Below are positions 49,114-62,808 of a DNA stretch of 64,000 nt, one piece after another. Below the pieces are notes generated by a model. It had not been told where the DNA came from. It ran no database searches and saw only the letters and a program-made list of their open reading frames with translations. Position numbers and translations under genes: made by a program. Position 1 is the stretch's first letter, and every line of letters begins with the position of its first letter. Origin of the DNA: Selaginella moellendorffii (Eukaryota; Plantae; Lycopodiophyta); the NCBI RefSeq assembly GCF_000143415.4, contig NW_003314366.1, forward strand, positions 124,001-188,000. The letters are read 5' to 3'.

Positions 49114-51115
49114 CCTCTTGTCCTCGTTTATTTAGAGTGTAGTGGCATGGAGGACAATTGTGGAGGTGTTGCTCTGCTCCATCCTACATTCCATGGTTCT
49201 CCATCTCCTTAGCTTCTTTGATTGGTGGGAGCTCTTGACTTGCCTCGTCAAAACCCTTCTCATTGTCTTTGGCTGTTGTAGTTATCACAACTGTTTCGGG
49301 CTCAAGGTGTCGCAGACTCAAGACTGCAAACTAGAGTCTCTAGGAGCTTGTCATTGGTAATCCTTTCCTCTTGATTTTTCTCTGACACTGGGATCTCTTG
49401 TGCGTGATCCATCAGTTTTTCCCCATCATGGGGTGGTTCCTCCTGCGTGTTCTCGTAGTCCTCAACCTCCTGTTCCTTTGGAGTTTCCTTCTTGGCTTTG
49501 TCTTATTCATCCTCAACTTCCACTTGCTTTTCCTTCGTTTCCTCATGGTTGTCTTACTCCTCTTCCTCTGTTTCCTGTGCCTCACTTCCTTCACCAAGGT
49601 CGACTTTCTCCTTCATTGTTTCCACTTGGGCTTGAGGGACAAGCACCAATGCCCTTTCATTGTTCACCAACAAAGCCTCTATGTATGGAAAAAGTGTCGT
49701 AATTTTCTTCTTACTCTCCAGTGCATTGAAATCCTATGAGAGTTCTCTATGGAATTTGATGTAAATGTATGCTCCCAAGTCAACCTGGACTCCATTGTTC
49801 AAGTCCTCATAGATGAAGGTGACATTCTTGCTCACTGATGTCACCATTGGTCAGAACTCCAATGTTGCGAGAAGGAATTTGAAAATCCCTCAGAAATTTT
49901 CTTTCACATTTGAGAACTGCAGAGATGCTGCTGTCTTGTAGTTTGCTACATGCTTCATGATCTGTGGTTTGATGGCTCTACCTTGTGGAGCCATCACTCG
50001 CTTTCCCCTGTTTGGTAGTTGAAGAGCTTTGGCGAAGTCTTCTTCTTCAATCGTGAGTTTCCTGCACGCAAAATTGATAATTTTCCTCTCGAGACCCTGT
50101 GGATCGGAGCTTGCCATAGCCATCATGAGAACCAAGAACACATAGAGCTGATACTTCCACAGCCATGTGTCAAGATTCTTGTCTCGAGACCACTCTGGGT
50201 TTCCCACTTGGAAAACCGAGCATACCTTGTTCTCATCGTCCGAGAGGTCAACCACTTCCTCCTCTTCCCGTGGATGGCGTGGAGCCCTCAAGGTGACTCT
50301 AGTCCTCATTGAAGCTGCACTTTCACCATACCAAGAATCACAGCAGCCTTGACCACTGTTTGCCCCTGGTGGGCTCCCTCTTTCCTCACACACCATCACC
50401 CGTGACTCTTTTCTTCTCTCAACTGCCAAGATTAGGGTTAGGTCACATTCTTGTTGGGGCGAATTTTCTCTAAGTGTTTGCATGCGTTCAAATGTAATTT
50501 CTTTTTCTCTTGAAATTTTTGGTATCACTATAGTGTGAAGCACTTGTGTAAATCTTCAATTTGTTCAAGTTAACTATTTACAATTTTTCATCATCTAAAG
50601 TTGCAAGTTTTGCTGTTCCTGGGATTTGTATACTCGTAATCTTGAATGGTCTTTTCCATTAATGAACTAGTTTTCCTCCAAGTTTATCCACATTGCCATG
50701 ATACCATAAAACAAGTCCTCCTACTTTGTAATGCACTTTAATTTTTTTGACTTGTTTGTGATCATGATAAGCTTTTCTTCTAGCCTGTATTGCTTTGATT
50801 GTCCATATTGCACTCAATCTTTCTTCATCGAGTTTCTCAAGCATTGTGAGTCTTTTCTTGATTGATTCTTTTTTATTAATTTCAATAAGATGGTACCGTG
50901 TACTCGAGTGGTGTTAACGCTTTAAGGCCATAAGCAAGCTTGAATGGTGTAGAATTTGTTGAAACTTTGAAAAAAAAATTGTAAGCCCAAAAAGCATCAT
51001 AAATTTTTTCATCCCAATCTTTAAAGTTTATCTTGACTATTTTCTTGAGTATATTTTTGAGGATTTTGTTTGTTAATTTTTCTTGTCCATTACCTTGTGG
51101 GTAATATAAGATACA
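48609..51115 (-). mobile_element. Ty3/Gypsy (non-chromovirus, Athila/Tat-like) LTR-retrotransposon remnant: integrase C-terminus plus additional 3' ORF
   Basis: YYPQGNGQ.KLTNK.LK.IL.K...DWDEK..DAFWAY...K.STNSTPFKLAYG and GKL...W.RPF.I (GPY/F-like) at 50600-51115, with stops. Broken same-strand ORFs downstream (50543-48776). Confidence 0.85.
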
Positions 51116-51166
51116 TGCTCGGTTAACACAAAAACGGCTCGTCCAGGGTGAAAATTTAGGGCACTC

Positions 51167-52472
51167 ATGGATAGAGCAGAGGCTGTGAAGAAGCTGCGGC
51201 GCGTAGCCGGAGATGATACAGTGGAGGCATCTTGGCAGCAGATCAAGGCAATCCCAACCAGGTGACCATCCTTCCTTACACAGGCACTCGAAGGTCTTTT
51301 CTTTTCGTGGGATCACCAGACTTGCAGAAACTGCTGTGGCATGTCCTGTCTCTTGAACGTGAGCAAGAGTTACTTGTTGTCGGGCCCAAGGGCACCGGGA
51401 AAAGTTGCCAGTTGAGGGCAATTGCGAACATGTTCTATGCGGGTGGTCCAGCGAAGAGTGTGATCGTTTGCATGTGGAACATGGAGAAGGCCAGAGCACC
51501 GCTGCAGCTACTGAAATGGCTGCTTGATGGGCTCCGCTTTGCATACTCCGGTGCAGACGAGCACAAGCCGGTTCGTGACGCGGTTCACAAAATGGAAGAA
51601 GAAATGGAGGAGGACGGGGACTTTAGTGGGTCTGGGAACATAGGAAAATGGATGGAGAGGCTTCAGAAGTTTCTCAAGGAGAGGGCAGCAGCTGGGGACG
51701 ATTTTACTTTTATTGCTGATGGTGAGCAGGCTCTGGACATTCGTGGCATCGAGAGACCGGGCGCTAGAGAACTGGAAAACACCTTCCTGACGCTCAAAGC
51801 CATTGTTGAGCCTTACAAAGTCGTGTGGGGCGTGTCTCCTGCAGCACACCAAGCTGTGGCTGCCAACTTGAGTGACTCGGAGCAAGTAGTAGTCTATCGT
51901 GTCAGGGGTTTTACCAAGGTTTGTGTTTCTATACGTCTCGTGCTCGTCAATTAAATCGTCTTTCGCAGGAACAAAGAGAAGTCTTTCTTCTTCACTCCGT
52001 GCTGGGAGCCGTCGTAACTGGTCATAAGCAGCGGACCAAGGACATGGATTTTTACGCTGGTTTCCATCCCCAGTTTCTGGATGTGCTGGACGAGGCTTGC
52101 ATGGAGATAGCTCGGATTAAGCAGTTAGGCGGATGCGAACCAGGTATTGAGTGGGGGGACGGGAACGACTTCAGACTTGCACCACCAGCTGAGCTGGAGC
52201 CAAAAGAAGTCGCTATACTTTTGGAAGACGAGGAGGATTGGCACAGGGTGCTCCTGCACTTCATTAACGGACGTACCATGTCTTCCATCCGCAATACGGT
52301 TGAAAGTATCGTCAAAAGGCCGGACTCTTCAACAACAACTTGCGACTTCCACCTGCGATCGGAAATGATCAGTCAGGATCCCAGATACGCACTGTCAGAA
52401 GATAAGTTCTGCTCGCCTTTCGTGGAGCAGATCTACGTAGAGGAGTTTCGAAAGGCCTGGAGCTGTTGCTAG
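51167..52472 (+). pseudogene. Crinkler/RHS-type P-loop NTPase gene fragment (frameshifted near the 5' end, truncated at the 3' end)
   Basis: Walker A LLVVGPKGTGKS, Walker B FTFIADGEQALD and STAND-like AGFHPQFL motif; intron ~51919-51968. ATG 51167 is out of frame with the main ORF. Confidence 0.55.
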
Positions 52473-52844
52473 TCCCAGTCTACAGGGATATGAGACTTGA
52501 TAGGAATAGAGAATAATCTTTTTTTCTTCCGAAACAAGCTGGTTTTGGGGATCCAGTAATTTTTCAAAGATGAATTATCTGCACATATGCGGGGAGGTCT
52601 TGAACTCGATAGACATCATCTAGAGACAACTCATGCTCGAGCTGAGAAGATTAAACAAAGGAAAGAAAATAATCTTTCGTTAATCCTACATGGAATTTAT
52701 ACTTGAGCTTAGCGTGAGGAACTGCACCATACCCGAGCAGGGGTACATAGATCAGAGAGGGGATGTGTCCTGGGGTGTTAATAAAATTTATGCAAGATGT
52801 GGCATGCATGCAGTCGTCTCCCTTAGTGTTTTATTGAAATTAAA

Positions 52845-52990
52845 TATCTTCTTGTAGATCTCGTGCAGCAGATCGATGGCAGTCCTGTTGAGACTGAAAG
52901 ACGCTTCCAGGACTTCATCCGGCTGGTTGGGTCCAAACAATGCAGATGATGATATCTGGAAGGAAGGATTCTGGCTGTTGAGCACCATGA
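52845..52990 (-). pseudogene. Germin-like protein C-terminal fragment
   Basis: LNSQNPSFQISSSALFGPNQPDEVLEASFSLNRTAIDLL resembles the GLP tail SSQNPG.....ALF.....DEVL.KAF. Confidence 0.65.
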
Positions 52991-53194
52991 ACATCTTGTG
53001 TGGAATAATCCCAAAATATCTTACATCCTAACACCAAAACCAACAAGAAAAATACCAAATGGATTGGTGGCTTAACAAGAGGATATTATCAGTTAGCATG
53101 GTATGAAGTCAGGGAAGCTAGACACAAAACAAGAATAAATATACAAATGGATCTCTACTATAACTCTTATTTTTGCACCCCCAGCCACAACTTG

Positions 53195-53360
53195 ATCAAA
53201 AGTGCAAGTCACTTCCAAAGACTTGGCACCAACACTGATACAAACACCCTCAATCCTCTCTTCAACTTCACACAAGCCATCTGGCACCACTTTCCCGGTT
53301 CTCAACATCATAGGGCTGTCTGTGGCGCGGATCTATCTCGGGCCCAAGGGTGCTGCCCCG
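53195..53360 (+). pseudogene. Germin-like protein N-terminal fragment (frameshifted)
   Basis: Across frames reads VQVTSKD / NTLNP / FPVLNIIGLSVARIYLGPKGAAP, matching GLP VT.DDF...NTSN...FPGLNTLG.S.ARID..P.G. Confidence 0.65.
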
Positions 53361-53634
53361 GCTCTGGGCGAGTGAGCTTGTTTACGTTGTGGAGGCTGGC
53401 TTCGTGGACACGAACAACAAGCGCTTTGCCAGTTAATCAGAGATATTGATTTTAATCTCTCTAACTTTTGATTTAGTTATTAAAAAATAGCTCTGCCAAA
53501 GCATTTTAATGCATGTGATTGATCAATTGGAGCTGCAGTATGCGAGCTATGGGAACCACGATCAGACGGTATTAGCTGCGTCGATGGCATTGCAATGGAT
53601 CAAGCTCCCAATAATTAAACAATTACGTGACTCT

Positions 53635-55932
53635 TCAGGGATTAGTCGTAGCATACATGTTTGCTAAGAGGATGTAACACGAGCCATTGTCTGGATTGAG
53701 TTGTGCAATCCAATCCACTGCTTGAACTGCTGCTCTCATCCCATTCTCCTCTTGGGTTCTACAGGCACCTAAAACAGAGCCCCACACCACATCATCAGCC
53801 ACAAATGGCATTGCCTTCACAATCTCCTCGGCAATCTCAATTTCTCCCAGTCGTCCCAGCAGATCAACCACACAGCTATACTGCTCTTTGCACTGCTTCA
53901 ATCCATAGTCGGAGCTCACCGACACAAAACACTCCCGGCTCATCTCCAGCAGGCCCTTGTGGCCGCAGGCCGCCAAGACATTCGTGAGGGAGATGTCATT
54001 CGGCGCTGCATCGCCCTCCAGGTTCATCGCACGGAAGGCCCCGATCGCCGAATCGCAATGCCCGTTCTGGGCATATCCTGCAAGAAGTGCGTTCCAGGAG
54101 ATTAGATTGTGTTCCGGCATCTTGTCAAAGAGCTCCTTGGCATCTTCAATGTGCCCGTTTTGGGCATATCCACATACGGCGACGTTGAAAGGAAAGATGC
54201 TCCATTCGGGCATCATCTTGAAAGTTTGAGAAGTCTCAAGGTTATACCCTCTTTGGGCATATGCCGTAAGGATTGCGGTCCAGGCGACAATATCTCTTTC
54301 TTGCATGGTTTCAAACACGGCCTTGGCGGAGCTGAGATTCCCGGCCTGGGAATAAGCCGTCAGAACCGACGTAGATGCGATCCTTCCGTGGTACGGCATT
54401 CTCTCGTGCATGGCTATGGAGTCTTCCGTATTGCCGTCTACGGCGTGAGCCTGGACCATCGATGTCCAGCACGACGAATCTCGTCCGTCCATCCTGTCGA
54501 AGAGCTCGTGTGCGCGCTGGATCTGGCCGTCCTCGATGTACGCCCGGATCATACACGTCCAGAGGATGGAATCTTTTTGCGTGGTGGAGTCGAACATCCG
54601 CTTTGCTTCTTGGAGATGCCCATTCAGCGCATAAGCTTGGAAGATCGCGGTGAGCGAGACAGTGTCGTGATCGGGCATCTGATCGAAAAGAGTCTGGGCA
54701 TCTGTGACGCGATTCGATCGAGCACTGGCGGAGATCATCGCGTTCCAGGAGACGAGAGAGAGGGCGGGCATAAGGAGGAAGAGCTTCTTGGCGCCATCGA
54801 TTCGAGCTGGATTTGAATCTCCACCGTCGATCCTGAAACTCTCCTCTACCGCGCCGATGAGCAGCGTGTTCCAGGAGATGGAATCGCGCTCTGGGAGATC
54901 TTCAAACACGAGCCTGGCAGCCGCGACATCGCCCGCTCGCGAGAGGGAGCTGACGAGCGCGTTTCCAGCCACGAGATTTTGCTTGGGCATTCTTCCAAAC
55001 ACGACCTGGGAGTCATTCGATCGGCCGTGATCCGAGAAGGCGAGCAGCATCGCGGTCCAAGTTACAACGTTTCGATCGGCCATGGAATCGAAGAGGGCCT
55101 TCGAATCATCCAGATGCCCACTCTGGGCAAATGCCTGAATCATGGTGGTCCGCGATACAACGTCGATCTCGGGCGTGGATGTGAACAGCTCCACCGCTGC
55201 TGTGAGATTCTGGTCATCCGAGAATGCCTGGAGCATTGTGTTGCGAGTGATGCTGTTGATCTGGGGAATTCTCTGGTAGACCGAGTGTGCAAGATCAAAC
55301 TGCCTGGTTGTGGCACATACCTGGACGAGGCTCGTCCAAGAGATCACGTCCCTGCGAGGAATCCGATCGAAGAGGCTCTTCGCTGATCCCAGATCGCCAT
55401 CGACGCCGCAGGTGGTGTGAGCCGCAAGCATCGAATTCCACGCGACGGTGTCCCTCTCGGGCATGGAATTGAAAATCTCCCAGGATTGCGCGAGGTCGCC
55501 TCCTCCTCCATTCGCAGCGATCGACGTGAGCATCGAGTTCCAGGAGATGAGGCTGCGATGGGGCATCCGATCGAAGGCCTTGCGGCAAGAGACAGTGTCT
55601 CCCATCCGATCCAAGCAGGAGATCAGCGCGTTCCAGCACACGACGTCTCGCTGCGTCATTCGATCGAAGCAACGCTTGCTCGCGAGGAGATCCCCGTTCT
55701 GCTCGTAGGCCGCCATGAGGATGCTCCACGAGAAGGCATTTGGATCGGGGATCTGATCGAAGACCCGCTGGGCTTCTTCCACGGCGCCGCATTTGCCATA
55801 CATCTGGACGAGGAGATTGGCAAGAAATCTTCCCGGCGCGCTGCCGATTTGCGCGTGGAGTAGCCGCGCTCGAGGAAGATCTTTGGCGCTCGCTAGCGAG
55901 CGGATGCTCCGCACTAGAACCTCATGGTTCAT
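53635..55932 (-). CDS. PLS-class PPR protein made mostly of tandem 31-aa S/SS motifs, E domain, no DYW; intronless
   Basis: Repeated A..FD.MP..D.VSW..M..A units; EQYSCVVDLLGRLG, WGSVLGAC and SCYILLANMY, then stop. Confidence 0.93.
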   Translation of the reverse strand: MNHEVLVRSIRSLASAKDLPRARLLHAQIGSAPGRFLANLLVQMYGKCGAVEEAQRVFDQIPDPNAFSWSILMAAYEQNGDLLASKRCFDRMTQRDVVCWNALISCLDRMGDTVSCRKAFDRMPHRSLISWNSMLTSIAANGGGGDLAQSWEIFNSMPERDTVAWNSMLAAHTTCGVDGDLGSAKSLFDRIPRRDVISWTSLVQVCATTRQFDLAHSVYQRIPQINSITRNTMLQAFSDDQNLTAAVELFTSTPEIDVVSRTTMIQAFAQSGHLDDSKALFDSMADRNVVTWTAMLLAFSDHGRSNDSQVVFGRMPKQNLVAGNALVSSLSRAGDVAAARLVFEDLPERDSISWNTLLIGAVEESFRIDGGDSNPARIDGAKKLFLLMPALSLVSWNAMISASARSNRVTDAQTLFDQMPDHDTVSLTAIFQAYALNGHLQEAKRMFDSTTQKDSILWTCMIRAYIEDGQIQRAHELFDRMDGRDSSCWTSMVQAHAVDGNTEDSIAMHERMPYHGRIASTSVLTAYSQAGNLSSAKAVFETMQERDIVAWTAILTAYAQRGYNLETSQTFKMMPEWSIFPFNVAVCGYAQNGHIEDAKELFDKMPEHNLISWNALLAGYAQNGHCDSAIGAFRAMNLEGDAAPNDISLTNVLAACGHKGLLEMSRECFVSVSSDYGLKQCKEQYSCVVDLLGRLGEIEIAEEIVKAMPFVADDVVWGSVLGACRTQEENGMRAAVQAVDWIAQLNPDNGSCYILLANMYATTNP

Positions 55933-56009
55933 GCCATTGACCCACTCTCTCTACTGTAGAACCCATTCAAAGATAGGGTTAGGGTTTTAGTGGGCGCCGC
56001 GCATTCTCC

Positions 56010-57956
56010 ATGGGGAGCCAGCGTCTTTCTTCTCTCGAGGAAAGCCTTGGCAATGCGTATCCTCACAAGTTCGAGGTGTCGATGACCCTGGCCCAGTTCC
56101 ACGACGAATTCGGGCAGCTGGAAGCTGGGCAGCGCTCCAACACCCTCGTCTCCGTCGCAGGTAGAGCAGGATTTTCACTGCTCGTAGTCTCTGTGACAAA
56201 TGCAAATTGTTCCAGGCAAGGTAATGCACAAACGCCTCGAGCCCGACTCGACGTGCTACGTGCTCGAGTCGGTCGTGGGAAAGCTTCCAGCATTTGTGGA
56301 TCACGCCAGGTTTCTTCTTCTTCTTCTGTGAGTGACTGATGTGATCTTTCTATCTATCCAGAGTGCCGAAACTCGGAGCTGAGATCGAGCGGGGTGATAT
56401 TGTTGGTGTTTCGGGTTTTGCCTCGGCGTGTCATGGCGAGCTGGGGATTTCCGTGGAGAAGTTGTGCTTGTTGGCTCCTTGCCTACGCACTTTGCCAGAA
56501 CGCGAGGGTGATAGCCACACGGAGCAAGAGTCTTGGAGGCCGGGGAAAGCAAGAGATCCAAGCGCATATGTGCTGAGTGATCAGGTTCGTCTTCTCTCGT
56601 ATAGTAGTCAGCCGTCAGTAAAACCAGCTATTCCCTCTTGCAGGAAGAAAGGTACAGGAACCGGGTTCTCGACTTGATTGTCAACCCGGACATCAAGTCC
56701 GTGTTTGCTGCCCGAACCGAGGCCGTGAACTACATTCGGACTTACATGGAAACTAGTGGCGTTACAGAGGTAAGCTTTGATCGGGAGGAGCTTCTTTGCG
56801 GCGTGGTAACGATCGAGATGCAGGTGAACACTGGGGTTCTCGAGCAAAGAAGTGTCGCGAACGGTTTCAAGACGCATCACAACCAACTAAACCTGGACAT
56901 GGTTCTTCGGGTCTCGTCGGATCAGCTGCTGCAGCTGATTGTGTCCAACTTTTTTGGCGTGTACGAGATTGGCAAGCAGTTCCGCAACGAAGAAATGAGC
57001 CGGACACACAACCCCGAGTTCACTACTTGCGAGATGTATAAAGCATATGCCGACTACAAGGACTTGATGGAGATGACCGAGAAGCTGCTTTCAGGTAAAC
57101 ACCCGAGCTCTCTTATTTCGTGATGGACAACTGTTCTGTCTAGGATTGGTTATGAAGATCACTGGCGGATACAAAGTCTATTACCATTCCGACGGCTACG
57201 ACAGCCCTCCTGTTGTGATCGACTTCACTCCTCCATTCAGGTGAGCTCCTCGTCTTTGGCTCGTCTCATTATATGCTTTCTAGGAGGGTGGAGGTGGTGA
57301 AAGGCCTTGAAGAGGCACTGGGCCTCAAGTTTCCAGAGGACCTTGCGTCGGAGCAGGCCAATGAGTTCTTAAGAGAGACTTGCTCGTCCAAAGGCGTCTC
57401 ATGTCCGCCGCCTCTCTCGACAGCGAACCTCTTGTCTTCGGTATTCTAGCATGTCCTGTTTACAAGGCCTAATGTTTGAGTTCGTGTTGCAGCTAGCGGG
57501 CCATTTCCTGGAGGCAACAAGCGTGTCCCCGACTTTCATTGTCGACTACCCCAAGAGGAGCACTCCATTTGCGAAAACGCACAGCTCCACGCCAGTTCTC
57601 GCGGAGCACTTCAAGCTCTTTGTCAGCAAGAGTCAGGTGAGCTTCACTTCACTAAACTCCGAAAATTTGACTTTGTTTTTCGTAGCTGGTGAGTGGATTC
57701 ACCCAGTGCAGGGATCCCGCGGAAGCGCAAGAGAACAGTGAACTACACACACTCTTGGAGTATGGCCTCCCGCCGTGCTCGGGCTGGGCCTGTGGAATCG
57801 ATCGCTTGGTGATGCTGCTAACAGATTCAGTGGACATCAAGGTAGTGTTTTTATTGCTGTTCGTTTTTTTTCCTCCTGGTTCTGTGCTGAATTTCTTGCT
57901 TGCTTGCACAGGAAGTAGTACTCTATCCAGCTCTCAAGCCAGCGGAGGATCTCTAA
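56010..57956 (+). CDS. Divergent lysyl-tRNA-synthetase-like paralogue (candidate pseudoenzyme)
   Basis: Ten exons with canonical GT-AG introns give an uninterrupted frame: [62 protein letters not shown]. Key active-site residues are substituted. Confidence 0.85.
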
Positions 57957-58128
57957 GATCGCTGACCATAAAATTTGCCAAAACGTGGCGAAGGAGAAGA
58001 TCCACATTCTATATAATTTTGACGATCATGTAATGTTTTGATTTGGTATAAAAGCCTCACGTTTCAAACTGTTCTCTTTTAGGGTTTTCCTGTGAAGCTA
58101 GGGTTTAGGCGCTTGCGGCTCGACGGCA

Positions 58129-61067
<2,939 letters not shown>

Positions 61068-61353
61068 GGCAAACGCAGCGCGCTAAACCTAGGCAGTGCT
61101 CGGGTAAGAACCCTAACTCGCGATTACGATACCCGGCATATTCTTCTAGGCCTGGCCAAAGGGGGAGTGGAAATCTTGGGCCGGGAATGGAAGGAAGGGG
61201 CAGCAGCAAATTCGCGATGGATGCTCTCTTGCGCTAGTCCTGTGACACAGCGATCTTGCTCTGCTGCTGGAAATCCCTCGATCCATCGCCTAGGGTTTGG
61301 GTGGATGAGGCATTAGGCTGTTTGGGGGATCTATCAAGTTTGGGCGCCAGGCG

Positions 61354-62708
61354 ATGGCCGAGCTCAGCCCGGCATTGGCAGATCTCGATGGCCAGCTCAA
61401 GGATCTCTTCCGGGCTCTCTCGTAAGTCCCCCTGCTCGCTCGCTCTAGATAATCTCTAGAAATTTCTCACTGGCCAAAATGCAGATCCGGCTTCCAGAAG
61501 ATGGACAAGATCAAGGAGCCTGCCCGGCAGAGCAAGCATCTGGAAGAGCTCACCGCCAAGATGCGCGAGTGCAAGAGGTCGGTCTCGCCTGGCTGTGCTC
61601 GAGACGCTAAAGTTTCAATGCAGGCTCATCAAGGAGTTTGATAGAGAGATCAAGGAGGAGGAGTCGAGGAACCCACCGGATTTGACAAAGCAGCTGAATG
61701 AAAAGAAGCAGTCACTGGTAAGTTCCATGCTAGGAGGCCATGGAGGCTTTTCGAGCGATCGATCTCATCGCTAGGATGGTGTCTCTTGCAGATCAAGGAG
61801 CTCAACTCGTATGTGGCCCTGCGCAAAACGTGAGTTCTTGTGTGTGCATTCCTCCGCCATGCCGGTGTCTCACAAGTTTTTTTTTTTTCTTGGTTTTCAC
61901 CCAGGTACACGAGCTCGCTGGGGAACAAAAAGGCAGAGTTGATGGAAGGTGGCAGTGCCGAAGGTGCTCGCACTGACCTCACGGATCCAAACGTGAAGAT
62001 GGCGTCCAGTAAGTCGCGGCTTGCCTCGCTTGGTTCTCTAAGCTCTTTGCTCTTCGTTTTGCAGCAATGTCAAACCAGCAACTCATGGACGCTGGCAAGA
62101 AAACCATGGACGAGACGGATCAGACGATCGAGCGCTCCAAAAAGGTCCAATAGATGCGTCGCTTTGTGACTCCCTGCGATTTCATATATCTTTCACAGGT
62201 GGTCGAGGACACCATCAACGTCGGCGCTCAAACAGCTCTTACGCTCAAAGGACAAGTAAGCATTTTTCTCTTTCGGGGGCACTTACAGACGAGTGATTGG
62301 TTTTACAGACGGAGCAAATGGGCAGGATCGTGAATGAGCTAGACAACATCCAATTCTCCATCAAGAAGGCGTCTCAACTCGTCAAGGAGATTGGCAGACA
62401 GGTAAACTCTTTCGCTTTGCAGCTAGTATCTTTGCTCCTTACACTGGTGGAGGATCCATTTCTTGTTTTGCAGCTTGCCACAGATAGATGCATACTGTTC
62501 TTCCTGTTCCTCATTGTCGTGGGTGTCATTGCCGTGATCGTCGTCAAGGTAAAGTCCATTCTCTTTGTTTCCAGGAGCGCTCAAACGAGATTTCTTTCGA
62601 TGGCAGGTTGTGGATCCCAAGAACAAGAACATCCGCGATCTTCCCGGATTGACTCCCGTCGCGAACACCAGCCACATTCTTTTCAACCGACGCATGGGTG
62701 GACTTTGA
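61354..62708 (+). CDS. NPSN: Novel plant SNARE (NPSN11/12/13 family, Qb-SNARE)
   Basis: GFQKMDKIKE..RQSKHLEELTAKMRECKRLIKEFDRE, TEQMGRIVNELDNIQFSIKKASQLVKEIGRQLATDRCI plus TM, and IRDLPGLTP. Confidence 0.93.
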
Positions 62709-62808
62709 TGATCTTTCCTCGCATCGCATACCTTAAGAGTTTTGATTGATTGATTAATGTATAGAAATAAGTACTTAATCGCTAGTCCTACACTTGTTAG
62801 GGTTCATC

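Noticed and set aside
50882-51544. 220-aa minus-strand ORF
   Set aside because: Chimeric: only the C-terminal ~80 aa is integrase; the rest is antisense to the NTPase.
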